Below are positions 20,701-29,789 of a stretch of DNA of 64,000 nucleotides, piece after piece. The position numbers and the translations under genes were made by a program. The stretch is from an uncultured virus (IMG/VR IMGVR_UViG_3300037507_003993) (Duplodnaviria > Heunggongvirae > Uroviricota > Caudoviricetes): the IMG/VR virus record IMGVR_UViG_3300037507_003993, one strand, 5' to 3'. The notes beneath the pieces are model-generated. The model did no database searches and was not told the DNA's origin. It saw only the letters and a list, made by a program, of their open reading frames with translations. Each line of letters starts with the position of its first letter. Positions within the stretch are counted from its first letter, which is position 1.

Positions 20701-23700
20701 CATACGCAAGTTGATTACATCATCAATAAACTTTCTTGCAGCTGGGTTATCTCTTCCGTTGGGAAGACGACTTACCTTGTCAAATTCGTCAGGGCCCATT
20801 TCGGTCATTGCTGCACGCATCGAACCAGACACTGCCCCAGGCGGTATTTGTGGGAAATTTCTCTTGGTTCTCCTTGGTGGCAATCCACGCTTGGCTCTCT
20901 CTGTGTTAATCAGAGCGTCTAGATGAGCATGTGTTTCTTTGATGATTCTTGCCACTCTCGGTTTGGATATTGCATCAAACTCCGAACCAGTTGGCCTCCA
21001 GCCCCCATTTGTTGTGTCTGGAAGTTCTGTTGGAAAAAGTTTTAGGCGTGGATTTTCTTGGTCGAATAAAGTCAGGTCTCGCTCAAGTCTTTCGGCGTTG
21101 TAGGCCACGCGCAATTCGTTAGCGTCTCGTATTATTCTCTGTTGACGTTGTCTTGCCAACCAGTTGAGGTGGGAGAATTTTTCTCCCAGGGACGATAATT
21201 CCGGGTCCTCATGGGCGGAAAAAGCTGCATCGAACCACGCTGCGTGTCCAAATCCAAGTGGAATATCTCCACTGGCAAGGTCTACCAGTGGAACGAATCG
21301 AGCTGATTCTGCATCATCGCCAGCTGTTGGTTCCCAAGTGGATGGAACTTCCACGAGAACTGCAGAAACTTCTATGCCTTCGGCAAAACGAGGGTCCCAG
21401 TCTGGAGAGTCTATTGTTCCTAGCTTCTGGGAAGAAATTAAGTCTTCTGGTCGAAGTCCTGTTTCTTCAAGTGCCTCACGTAGTGCAGAATCAAACAAAT
21501 CTGCGTCACCTTTTGTCGGGTCAAACATTCCACCAGGAAGAGCAACGGTTCCTTCACCATCTTTCCTATGCGGGCCAAAACCTCGTTCGATGACCAATGC
21601 CTCGAGCTCGCCAGTAGATGGGTTCTTTCTAAGAATTAATGCGTCTCCTGCCCTTTGCTTGGGGAGTTTATCAACAGCAAATATGTATTTGTTTTTTGTT
21701 CCGTCAGCCTTGATTGGCGCAATGTCTGCAAGGTTTTGACGGTGAACCGAGGCAGCTCGATAGCCACTTTGTCTGAGTCCAAGGCGCGCAGCTTCCCACT
21801 CAGCTGTGTTCTGTGGAAGCTCTTGGCCACGTTGCTGTTCTCTAAATTTTCTCCCAAGAACCAGGCTCGCCTTGTAGGCGGCGTCTTCGTTTGGATAAGA
21901 CTCTGGTGACATTATTTCACCATGCCTATTGACCATGTACCAGCGACCGTCTTCTAGTTCTTCTGGCGCAACTTCCAGAAACCCACCAAGCTTGAGTTTG
22001 TCTTTACCACCAAAATTTTTAATTCTTTCGTTGCGAGAAGTGCCTTCCATTCTGCCCGTTATGCCGGATTTGTAAAATTCTGTTGGTCTTTTATTTACGA
22101 ATGGAGTTACATATCTTGGCGTTCGTACGCTCGGGTTTGAGCCAGTTTGACCGACGCGACCCGTTCGTTGACGCAAGCGAGTGGGGTTTTCTTCATTACC
22201 AAATAGCCTTGGCGTATTGTTCACAGCCTCTAGCAGTCTCATGTAAGACTTTTCATTCTGATTAAGTCGATTAAACGCTGGGGAATTCTCCATGCTTTGA
22301 TTGTTATTCCGAATTGCCTCTTGTATCTCCCGATTAAACCGCTTGTTAAACCCCGATGCGTTTCCAAGCATGGGTTTGGTTACATCGAATCCCGCGCGGT
22401 CATACCTCTTGAGAATTCGAGGGTCTGCAAATCCGAATCTTCCTTCAGCGGCCCTACGGGCACCTCTGCGAGCAGAATCTTCAGCTCGTCCAAGCGCCCC
22501 AGCACCCTTCATGAATCCAGTAATTCCCTGACTTCGCGCCTGTTGCGATAGTGATTGCAATTCTCCCTTGAATCGCTCGAGCTCTTGTTTTCTTTGTCGT
22601 GCACGATTAAAAATTGCGGTTGTAGATGACGAACCAGCCGGGTCTCCAGTCTGAAGAGCGAGCGAGCGCTCATAATTGACCAGAATGCGCAAGAGTCCAG
22701 GCTTTTCCTCGCCTGTTCTCCTATCGACATAGCCAAACATTTCTTCGTTCCACTTATAGATGCGGTTCATATACCTGAGGAGCGGTTCTTTTGCCCTGTT
22801 CCAACCGGTCTGGCCAAATCTATTTCGTTGATTTGGATTTTTGGGGTCGACCTCGAACAATCCCGGTCTCGTTTTTAGCAGGGAAGAAATCATGCCGTGA
22901 AGCATCTGTTTCGTTCTTCTAAACTGGTCGTATTCAATTCCAATCTTCTTTATTGTTTCGTCAAGATATGTAATTGCCCTATCGATTGTGTTCTGAAGGT
23001 CACTAGCTGTAGCCCTGGTGGAAACATTTGGGTTTGAAAGTCTTGCTATTTCGCGTATACCTTCAATTAGTTTTTTTGTCTTGGCTTTTTCGAATGCCGC
23101 TCTTCTTGTCTGAAAGGCCGTTCTTGCCACTCCATCGAGATTGGTCCTGTTTGCACTCGGTATACTGTTATCAACCTCGTGCATATGCAATGCCTGGACA
23201 ACAGTGTTTACGTCTCGAATTTCTTCCTGAAAAGCAATTTCTTCTGGTGTTAAAGTTCCTACCTCAAATAGGTTCCAAAGCTTCGCGCGTTCTTTTGCGG
23301 CAGCTTTCGTAGAACCCAAATACTGCTCATTTTGCTTTAAGCGCTCATCCTTTGCGAGTTCACCAAGCAATCTTCTGTATTGCGGTCCGCTGGTATCAAT
23401 AATCTCTCCAGACGCATCAGTCACTCGTCCTGCTCTTGCCGAGAATGATGCCCCACCATAATTCTGCAGACCAAGTTGTTGAGCAAGATTATCGAGTGTC
23501 TCACCAACAACCTCGCCAGTTTTCGGGTCTTTGCGGAATAGCTCAGGGTTTGTCTGCTGAAGTACATCGATTAGTTTGTCCCACCGAATATTGGGGTCAA
23601 TCAACGCTGGGTCTGCGCCCTCTTCGAACTCGCCGTTGTAACGACTAAGTTCTTCCGGCACGTCCGTATATCGTGCAATTATGTGACTGTTGTGTATGTC

Positions 23701-26700
23701 TGACCATTCTTGTGCATAGTTTCCAGCCAGATACTCGTTCCACAAATTTTTATCTACTTGGTATTCTTTTGAATTAAGACCAACCTCCTTACCGTCGGCG
23801 TCAGTTACCTTGTTTAGGGGGTGATTTTTGTCGCCATCATAGGGACCAAATCTTTCCCAATATTCATCAGTGTCTGGAGCTGCAGTGGTTGGTTCTTGGT
23901 TTTTCTTGATGGAGGATATTGTGTCGCGTATATTTTTCACATCATCCTTGGTGAACTCATCGCCAACTTCAGGGCGATTTTGTAGGCGCTCCGCCTGGGA
24001 GTCGAGGATGTCTTGGTTTGCTTGCTGCATTTCCTCAATCGACGGAGGGTCTGGCTGCATGCCTCCTTCTTCTCCTTCTTCTTCTTCGCCATCAAGCAGG
24101 TCTCCGGGCGGTAGCTCAAATTCGTCTTCGTCGTCTTCTGCCAAATCAGCTAGCGCATTAATCAGCCTTTCGTTGAAAGCTCCAAGCTTGTTAAAGTCGG
24201 AAAGGATTGATGGCCCTATCTTGTTCTCTATTTCTCTGCGTTGCAATGCAAGGTTTAAGAGAACTTCTGCCAGTTCTGCGTCTGTGAATGGTTTTTTTGT
24301 AGCTGGGTTGTCGTACATGCGAAACAATTTGAATGCCCCAGACTCAATCCATTCGCGCAACGTATACGGTTTGCCGGTTGATATGTTTATCGGCAGAAGG
24401 CTTTCGTCGGGAACTTTTGTAGGGTCGTTTAGGAATGTCTCAAGAGCCATTGCTTCATTTAGGAGAGAAGATATGCCGTTTATCTGTTGCAATTCATTAA
24501 ACATTTCAGGGTCGAAATTTTCCTGAATTACTTCAATCGCCTCAGATACGGCGTCAATCTGGTCTCGCAGTTCTTGTTCTGTGTAAGGTTCGTTTGTATC
24601 CGGATTGATTGGGATTTTCTTCACTGCCTTTACTGGCTTCCCACCATTGAGCCAAGTGGTTAGCTGTTCGTTGAAATTGTCTAAGTCTTTTTGCTCTGAT
24701 TCATCGAGAAATCTTTGAAGAGCTGCGTCGAATTCTGGTGTATCAACGTCGTACCCCTCTTCGGCAAGCACCTTGCGACCGACCTTCATTCTGTATTCAA
24801 GAGTTTGAAATGATGACGGTAGCGCCGCCAATAGTCTTTCTGCATCTGACAGTCTTGCTTGGGTTGGAAGAAGTTGTGCTGCCTGCTCGACGTCCTGCAC
24901 AGAAGGTGAGCCCGTGTTTGTTAGCTCTGGCAAAACAAAAGTATTGAAGAATGACTGAATATCACCATCACTCATTGCGTCGATATCCAGGCCGGCAATT
25001 ATGCCACCTGCATTAAACTTTTTGTACTCATCAACAAACGCTTTAACTAGCGGTCTCTTAACTGATGCGGCAAGAGCAAGCTCCCGCGGAGACAGTGGCG
25101 CATTCTTTGCTTGATATGCAGGAACGGACATCCCAGGGACCGAAGATATATCTCCAATTGTAGATGTCCATAAATTATCCAATTGGGTATCGTCAAGAGC
25201 ATCAAGCGCCTCTATAGACTTGGTTACGTCTCTACCAGCAAGAACTGCGTTTAATGAAGGGAATTTCGTAGAAGCATTCGGGTCGATGGCAAATCCTTTG
25301 AGTTGCTGGCGCTTCCATTCCTTCCTTTTCCACTCTTGCTCCTGTTTTGGCGTCATTGAGCCTGACATCTTGCCGGTGATTGTGTAACCACCAGCCATTG
25401 CGTCTGCAATCAAGTCGTCTCTTCTGTACGAACGCGGAGTGCGCTGTTCAAAGGAAGCCGCAGAAGTAGTTCTCTTTGGCTGAACCTCGAACTGGTCGAG
25501 ACCGCGGAATCCTGGTCGCGGTTTGCGTGAGTCGGAGAAAGTTTTTACAAGTCTCTTGTCATCTTCTCTGACACTTGGCACATAGCCAAGACTTATATTG
25601 CTTGAACGGTCCGGGTTCTTTCCTGTCTTGAATGTGTCGAACAGGTCTTGAACCATATTGTCGCGATTTTTTGATGAATCAGGATTTCTAAAGACGTATT
25701 GAACCATGGAGTCCCAGTCTCGGAACCTGCCTTCGGATATTGCTTCCGTGAATGCGTTTCTGGAGTTGGAAAACTTTTCAATTGCTCTGGTTAATCGTGG
25801 ATTGTTGTTTGTGAATTTATTCCGGTTCGATTTTCTTAACTTTTTATGTTGGTTAATCGCTTGTTGTATTTCGTCCCTAACGACATCAAATCGGTCTGCA
25901 ATTTCGGCAACAGTTGATTCACCAGTGATGAACTGTCTGTATATTTCTGGACGACTATCCCTAATGCTTCGAACTGCGTCACGCTCGTACTTAGGTGGGT
26001 ATAGCTTCGGCTCCGGTTTTGCATCACGCACTGCCGCACGGATTTCCGTTGTTGGCTTGGTCTCTGGGCGCTTTGACTGACGTATTTTTTTCGGCTTGGT
26101 TTCTTCGATGCGTCTAGTCTGTGTAGAACCTCTTCGAATTTTTCTCGGTGAAGGCTGTGTCCGCGCAATACTAGAAGGAAGCGTTGTCGCGTATCTTCCG
26201 TCGGCAAGCCGTTCAGCTCTACCAAAAGCACGTGCTTCATCAACCTGTGGTTGACGTCGTATTCTTCCAATGTTGTCTGGGGTGCTTGCGGCAGCTCTCT
26301 GTGCAGCCTGGGCGATTCTCGCACCAATACGTCGCTCTTGAATAGTTCCTTCCTGGACAACGCTGTCTCCGTCTGCGTCTATTGCATTGGGGTCGAAGGT
26401 GGCGAATGCACCGCGAAGTTTTCCACCTATTCTTCTAGCTGCCCGCCCACCAGTAGATGAGCCAAAATTTCTTCTTCTTGTTACTTTTCCTATCCGTGAG
26501 CCAATTGCCTTAAATTCGAAATCCTCGTAAAACTCGATGTGTTTTTGCCCGCGGGTCGAACGCTTGCGTGCACGCTTCGCTGCTTCTGTGTTTTCAACGA
26601 ACTGACGCCCCTCTCTGCTTCCTTGAATTTTTTTTCTATTCGTTGCAGCTCGTTGGCCTACAGTTAGACGGTTCCATGCTGCTGCGGGTAGATAGCGTCG

Positions 26701-27258
26701 CGTCACGTTTCCACGACGAGCAGGTTTGCCGTCAGAAGTGCGCCACTTTTGTTTTGTCCACTTCGAAAGTGAACGTTGTTTTTTTGTCTTTCCACCCTTG
26801 TAGCCACCACCAGCTTTTCTGTATGCGATTGCAAGTAGCTGAGCTTTTCTTGCACTCCACTGACCCGGGTTTCCACCCTTTGAGCCAGCCATAATTCTTT
26901 TCTTTAAAGTTTCTCGAACTTCTGGTTTTGTGTAGTTTGCGCTCTTGGAGTCAACTTTTCGACCACCACGACCGCCGATTACCCTGCGTACCTCGCGCTC
27001 AATTTCTTGTCTTCTAAATCTTCTACCTGAGTGGCCGATGCCAGATACCCTTCTGTAGTCAGATTCGTTTGTGCATGGCATCCATGATGCGGCTCCACTT
27101 CGGTTGTTGTACCTTCTGATACCAATGCAACCGATTTGTCTCGCTCTAACTCTGGCTGAATCCGGGTTGTCAAACACGTCGGGGTCAGATGGATTCACGA
27201 CGCGAGCGCCGAATATCACCTTTTCTTCTATGTTTTGCATTTCTGCGGAATCATCCAT
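14731..27258 (-). CDS. giant multidomain (polyvalent) protein, 4175 aa: Nudix, tandem HTHs, two J-domains, zeta-toxin-like kinase, C-terminal ADP-ribosyltransferase-like domain
   Basis: Uninterrupted 12.5-kb ORF; Nudix box LPGG...ALREALEETGL; KKYHPDRN; GGAPGSGKS/VDADEIK/HEES/YDST; VYRG...SWSTS...EEEII. Confidence 0.85.
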   Translation of the reverse strand: MDDSAEMQNIEEKVIFGARVVNPSDPDVFDNPDSARVRARQIGCIGIRRYNNRSGAASWMPCTNESDYRRVSGIGHSGRRFRRQEIEREVRRVIGGRGGRKVDSKSANYTKPEVRETLKKRIMAGSKGGNPGQWSARKAQLLAIAYRKAGGGYKGGKTKKQRSLSKWTKQKWRTSDGKPARRGNVTRRYLPAAAWNRLTVGQRAATNRKKIQGSREGRQFVENTEAAKRARKRSTRGQKHIEFYEDFEFKAIGSRIGKVTRRRNFGSSTGGRAARRIGGKLRGAFATFDPNAIDADGDSVVQEGTIQERRIGARIAQAAQRAAASTPDNIGRIRRQPQVDEARAFGRAERLADGRYATTLPSSIARTQPSPRKIRRGSTQTRRIEETKPKKIRQSKRPETKPTTEIRAAVRDAKPEPKLYPPKYERDAVRSIRDSRPEIYRQFITGESTVAEIADRFDVVRDEIQQAINQHKKLRKSNRNKFTNNNPRLTRAIEKFSNSRNAFTEAISEGRFRDWDSMVQYVFRNPDSSKNRDNMVQDLFDTFKTGKNPDRSSNISLGYVPSVREDDKRLVKTFSDSRKPRPGFRGLDQFEVQPKRTTSAASFEQRTPRSYRRDDLIADAMAGGYTITGKMSGSMTPKQEQEWKRKEWKRQQLKGFAIDPNASTKFPSLNAVLAGRDVTKSIEALDALDDTQLDNLWTSTIGDISSVPGMSVPAYQAKNAPLSPRELALAASVKRPLVKAFVDEYKKFNAGGIIAGLDIDAMSDGDIQSFFNTFVLPELTNTGSPSVQDVEQAAQLLPTQARLSDAERLLAALPSSFQTLEYRMKVGRKVLAEEGYDVDTPEFDAALQRFLDESEQKDLDNFNEQLTTWLNGGKPVKAVKKIPINPDTNEPYTEQELRDQIDAVSEAIEVIQENFDPEMFNELQQINGISSLLNEAMALETFLNDPTKVPDESLLPINISTGKPYTLREWIESGAFKLFRMYDNPATKKPFTDAELAEVLLNLALQRREIENKIGPSILSDFNKLGAFNERLINALADLAEDDEDEFELPPGDLLDGEEEEGEEGGMQPDPPSIEEMQQANQDILDSQAERLQNRPEVGDEFTKDDVKNIRDTISSIKKNQEPTTAAPDTDEYWERFGPYDGDKNHPLNKVTDADGKEVGLNSKEYQVDKNLWNEYLAGNYAQEWSDIHNSHIIARYTDVPEELSRYNGEFEEGADPALIDPNIRWDKLIDVLQQTNPELFRKDPKTGEVVGETLDNLAQQLGLQNYGGASFSARAGRVTDASGEIIDTSGPQYRRLLGELAKDERLKQNEQYLGSTKAAAKERAKLWNLFEVGTLTPEEIAFQEEIRDVNTVVQALHMHEVDNSIPSANRTNLDGVARTAFQTRRAAFEKAKTKKLIEGIREIARLSNPNVSTRATASDLQNTIDRAITYLDETIKKIGIEYDQFRRTKQMLHGMISSLLKTRPGLFEVDPKNPNQRNRFGQTGWNRAKEPLLRYMNRIYKWNEEMFGYVDRRTGEEKPGLLRILVNYERSLALQTGDPAGSSSTTAIFNRARQRKQELERFKGELQSLSQQARSQGITGFMKGAGALGRAEDSARRGARRAAEGRFGFADPRILKRYDRAGFDVTKPMLGNASGFNKRFNREIQEAIRNNNQSMENSPAFNRLNQNEKSYMRLLEAVNNTPRLFGNEENPTRLRQRTGRVGQTGSNPSVRTPRYVTPFVNKRPTEFYKSGITGRMEGTSRNERIKNFGGKDKLKLGGFLEVAPEELEDGRWYMVNRHGEIMSPESYPNEDAAYKASLVLGRKFREQQRGQELPQNTAEWEAARLGLRQSGYRAASVHRQNLADIAPIKADGTKNKYIFAVDKLPKQRAGDALILRKNPSTGELEALVIERGFGPHRKDGEGTVALPGGMFDPTKGDADLFDSALREALEETGLRPEDLISSQKLGTIDSPDWDPRFAEGIEVSAVLVEVPSTWEPTAGDDAESARFVPLVDLASGDIPLGFGHAAWFDAAFSAHEDPELSSLGEKFSHLNWLARQRQQRIIRDANELRVAYNAERLERDLTLFDQENPRLKLFPTELPDTTNGGWRPTGSEFDAISKPRVARIIKETHAHLDALINTERAKRGLPPRRTKRNFPQIPPGAVSGSMRAAMTEMGPDEFDKVSRLPNGRDNPAARKFIDDVINLRMTGMDKYSIAKFMSDKAALEFAVRNNGNSPEPKDLVRGHNSQAGRGNELAGLAPTDELIFRIISERKLSIAGNPRHTGPALRRVEPQDEFTKQRNDAAKDVMILALEGMSTPEIADFLDISSARVGKTLRRLGMQEKDGSTTTGDMRDVIRRYEQSPNQKALYVDSIYKRMSLSEISRKYKLPESEVRESVESYRDNVESLQPEHHAIYRKALTDIEADVLSRDEEQITRMRLDGLSISDISEVTKMDNGRVKTIEQRALYKLRRNNSDEFMGVKRELDVINHRRTPSMNYMVGGMTDIEGDGVYFNARDLRDFRNNDKDIYVMNQHMGSSVRDIASRFGMSEDAVRQSINSYSSAIEKTDTFKHKALRRVLATNNSSLSGADIDFINMRNDGASIDDIARYFEVPSESVRARQIAVMSKLNNSDGISGAMKGVRNIDSRNLYRELGVEELASQREIDDAFTFEVSGIMSRAMKNEPNSVDRLYTISEAYKVLSNPAARESYDNFDFDNNDDLSELPELDRLFDSWPMSQYVEPSTNKVRPPWVADAILGEYRQYDNFVKMPHHLGSDEITDDIDDGFLGFDINDSKRDLGISDMYYRRPMPGTREWDNLQREAEIARASGDDRFIFDEEGLIVGKRQSYIPKFDDPSSPDYVGDRYGGLPRGSSTARALNFGSPVSGVTSAGKKKISNRSASNAIAGRIRNDVISGQIQSRPPRDFVKRTTNSLKDDNRRYPFDSRPSESDMQLIESASQNLRQTELLPMAKAYEFEFSGPDGELYNSGILTLAQRPVVVVRFYDEINVPFYMSSGRGGKSNVEPGRWYPFWGVGRDGWFNKTTERDINNFYNIPELRIAAARLDAILPQSSMPTSNKKWNNGDLDWMPREKMSISERQKRFRDAQRAIREADESNTPDNQRRASRQESKKFVGFPIKNSLVPVINGRRNAIDRNGDVSLLGNSILSTRKKFNDVRKEILEIATQDRTSSRRELTNERAKRIVRDMPDGVFDVSVVGRMAIPRKQWSGRDFYKDLEADKNDSLAVLKKKFRDLAKKYHPDRNKGDVSAAARFRAASEAWEILSDARQRSDYDNNFYPEIERRAQQNQNQGNQRPDFPFGFTSQRDNQAPQEEPSETRPTRQAPPRPPYPNPRSGAALPPIDKTLSDRIGYVPPSIKHDPNLWDSMRNHRPEKRNEGIEVPNTFGQGTTKVTDERFFDLYTKVAVGMSEAVKKNRKPGEPKRFISVGGAPGSGKSTMRKSGEAGIPDVDSAVHVDADEIKTVIPEAVAAHAAGDTEWGTVAHEESRVISDMALRVALDRDKDVVYDSTGQYNRGYGTLDYAKAAGYEITAHYVVAPEEFLQERIDMRQLTDPRKLPRHIISATMARNFYIIPEVAQKSDEFYLWGWDGNKKVLLAQKEKGKTLEILDPRAFAHADFFEDYGDHPLVDRPDLSLFPNRRDLEFPSSWVYDAHKMFKRGATVSEIAKELKIRKSSIFKTLTEENVVGAPGTAYSWDSPFRPRSPREPDGPPRPIYQEDDITEDPLYTDEDIRDAEEDYYKSFWDDSPTDEDDMPIPGRGRSDRPLIPIDGVPPMSVGDPAPDLTRYKSSGILAEVAKSNEQLTTMFKYAKESTPFRKLISSYLRDGISDKELVDGLKNMRTNHIFATWAYREKSSLSAVWPFDDEKIGTLNDNEITEYAEGVLGDAIVKKLEQAFTEMSAVGVTATDPIGRKFAWEYGIPMDFMKSAQAKFNRKGTITGAMNSKNPFGDPSTWKSLDDLDDELKDYMVDDDLFGKAIKHPLLFWIGPVAPNMIDYLNNGIDAKRKGTEEAYKDKNWSKYIYLHERAYRIQAFEDVMDEMTDEQYWENLSSIWVDSESIGTESDRWLELLQSNRGSRDFFMNDDERAELGKLPNKFTVYRGYSSGDPEEFGMSWSTSKDVAEWFARRFARDEDDIILEELQVAKEEVFAYLTRRSEEEIILDMRIAKEKSVKRTKLGPKGKGK

Positions 27259-27380
27259 GGAGGCTCGTTAATTTTCTCGAATATCGCTGATTTGCGATAG
27301 AAGCAGATGAAACAATCTTACTTTACTAGTACTCGACGGCGGGAGTACTAAAAGCCGGGTGTCAACCATTGACATTTTTA

Positions 27381-29789
27381 TCATACGCCCGATAATGGAT
27401 TTTCGTCGTCTGTTCGCCGTCCCAGTAACCGTCGCATATTTTCTACTATTTCCATACGTTGCCTATCTCTCTCCTCCTGAATCATTTCCTCTGTGAACTC
27501 TTTTTCCGGGAAAAAAGAAAGCTTGAGTTCCTTGGGGCTCAAGTTTTCATTACCAGGATAAGACAAAACAATCTCCATCATTTCCACCAGCCCTCTCCTC
27601 TTGTTTGCGTCCAGGTCGTCAGCGAGGCTTCGACGTAGAAAGTTTGGATTTGAATTCAGCGTGCGCTTTAGGTATCCAGGCTGGTTTCTTTTGAGGTATT
27701 CCTCGAACCATGTCGACGTAATTGGCGCCAAATTATCGATGCTCTGTGGATTGCTAACCGACATGTACTCAATAAGTTCTTTTCTCAACGCTTCAACCGT
27801 TGGTGCTTGGTACATGGGGAGGTCTGGGGAATTAATCAACGCATTCATCTGATTTCGGATGTACTCCAAAACATCTTCTTGCGAGAAGTTGTCTATTTTT
27901 TCGTGTTCAGGCAAGGGGATAAATGGTTTATCTGCCGGGTTGTAACCAAACCCCTCCGCAAATGCTTCATATAGCCGAGTTATTCTTTTGTTGAATTCCG
28001 CTATAAGCTTTTCTCTGTCATCATTGTAGAACAGGCGTACGCCAACTTCATTTCCATTTGCGCCACGCATCGTTGAGAACGGGTTTCTCAGCCATGACTC
28101 GAATCTCGTCCAGTATTCCCTCGGGTTTACGGTTGGAGCAAAATGCCCGAGAAGGTCACGAGCTTGCTCCCCAGCCGCAGAATCCGGGTTGTCGGCAGTT
28201 AGTGAATGAGTAAAAAGTGTTCCATACTGGTCCCTAAATCCCGGATAGCCGTTCTTGCCAATTGCGGGGGTCCAGTGCACACCGAGATTTGAGATTAGGT
28301 CAAGGTTGTCCTTTAGTACTTCACCCAATCCCTTTTTACTGGAAGATGAGTGTTTCCGCCCTGGTGAAATAAGCTTGCCGAAATTTGCAAATCCGGATGT
28401 TATCGACCCCGACCAAATTTTTTCAATTATATCCCTTCTGGAATTATCGTTTTTCCAATCGAATGTGAGGTCTCCTCGGGAATCGTCGCCAATCACGTTC
28501 CTTTCATCCCTGCCGTTCCAGAGGATGCGGAATTGAGTATTCGTAGCTGGATTAAATTCGCGCGGAGAACCCTTAAACACGGTTGGCTGCAAGGAAATAC
28601 CAGCCATTCTTCCAGCAACGCCATCAGAATCTTTAAAACGAGACCTTGGTGTGTATTTGCTCGGGTTTGCCCAGTATTCGTCGTTGCCTACGCGCACTCC
28701 ATTGGACTTTAGGGTCTCTACTAGATGCCGCACGGAATTAAAAGAATCTCGTAACTCGTGTATCTGAAGCGACCGTCCTATTTTAAACAAACGCTGTTGA
28801 TTTATGTTCCCGTTAGGTTTTTGGTCTGGTCTTGGATTTGGAATCCACCACCCGGTTCTCATGTTCCATCCAAGGCTTTCCATGTAGGCGGAAGCTGCAT
28901 CTCGAATCGATGCAAGATAACTCTGGTTTTGTTTAAGCCTTTCAAGTGGCTCGCCGCTGACGTCGTACATAAATCCGTACGGTCCAGAGCCTTTGTCTAT
29001 TGGGAATGTCCACCAGTCGTAATGCTCAATGTGGAAATTTTTCCAATCGTCATTCTGCTTCCAGCGCAAAAATTTTTGCGTTTGGTTTGCCTGCTCTTCA
29101 ATCAGTTTTTCGTCACCGATGTACGGTGTTTCATTTCTGAGCGGGCCCGACCCCATTGCTCCGCTAATTGTTACTTTTTTCCCAGACTTAGGACCAGTTG
29201 AAGCGTAGGCTCTGAATTTATTTCCATTGTAAGAAGTTTTTATATCCCTGGTTCCCGGTCTGTTCCAGTAGTGAACCCGGCCGCGCAGTTGCATTGCCGT
29301 GATTCTGTCTTCAATTTCTACTTCCAGAGAGTCGATTCCTCCAGTAGCCAATCTCATCACGTGGTTTTCCATATCCGAAAGAAACTTTCGCCGTTTTTGA
29401 CCTAGAGACTCTTCTGGGGTTATTGGTTTTATTGCACTAGCGGCAGTTGCGACTGGTTTTTTTATTGGGTTATATGGCAAATCATCTTCACCCGTAAGGG
29501 GGTTCGTCCATTTCCCATCGCCGTCACCATCTCGTGAAACTTTTTGGAATTTTCTTCTTGCAGCCCTACCTATTGAGCCCAATCTGCGGCCGACCCGTGG
29601 CACTCCCTTTCCGGAAATACCGCCGACATTAACCCCTGTTATTCCACCACCAGGGCTTGCATCTATTCTGACAACGCCACGTTCCCCCAAATTTTCCCAT
29701 CCGTCACGATGTTCTCCAGCAGAACGCTTACGTGTGCGTTTTTTCTTTTTAGAGAAAAGCTCAGGGACCAACTCTTCTTCATTTTTCAT
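27381..29789 (-). CDS. 802-aa multidomain protein with central OGFr-N-like domain
   Basis: HYDWWTFP and NQQRLFKIGRSL resemble the H..IQW.FP and N.LRITRI..SL motifs of OGFr-like domains. Confidence 0.7.
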   Translation of the reverse strand: MKNEEELVPELFSKKKKRTRKRSAGEHRDGWENLGERGVVRIDASPGGGITGVNVGGISGKGVPRVGRRLGSIGRAARRKFQKVSRDGDGDGKWTNPLTGEDDLPYNPIKKPVATAASAIKPITPEESLGQKRRKFLSDMENHVMRLATGGIDSLEVEIEDRITAMQLRGRVHYWNRPGTRDIKTSYNGNKFRAYASTGPKSGKKVTISGAMGSGPLRNETPYIGDEKLIEEQANQTQKFLRWKQNDDWKNFHIEHYDWWTFPIDKGSGPYGFMYDVSGEPLERLKQNQSYLASIRDAASAYMESLGWNMRTGWWIPNPRPDQKPNGNINQQRLFKIGRSLQIHELRDSFNSVRHLVETLKSNGVRVGNDEYWANPSKYTPRSRFKDSDGVAGRMAGISLQPTVFKGSPREFNPATNTQFRILWNGRDERNVIGDDSRGDLTFDWKNDNSRRDIIEKIWSGSITSGFANFGKLISPGRKHSSSSKKGLGEVLKDNLDLISNLGVHWTPAIGKNGYPGFRDQYGTLFTHSLTADNPDSAAGEQARDLLGHFAPTVNPREYWTRFESWLRNPFSTMRGANGNEVGVRLFYNDDREKLIAEFNKRITRLYEAFAEGFGYNPADKPFIPLPEHEKIDNFSQEDVLEYIRNQMNALINSPDLPMYQAPTVEALRKELIEYMSVSNPQSIDNLAPITSTWFEEYLKRNQPGYLKRTLNSNPNFLRRSLADDLDANKRRGLVEMMEIVLSYPGNENLSPKELKLSFFPEKEFTEEMIQEERDRQRMEIVENMRRLLGRRTDDENPLSGV

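Noticed and set aside
27259..27380. AGTACTC...GAGTACT inverted repeat and TACTAG-like words as a late-promoter motif
   Set aside because: Similar words occur near 14470 and 53110 but spacing and context are inconsistent; too weak to call.
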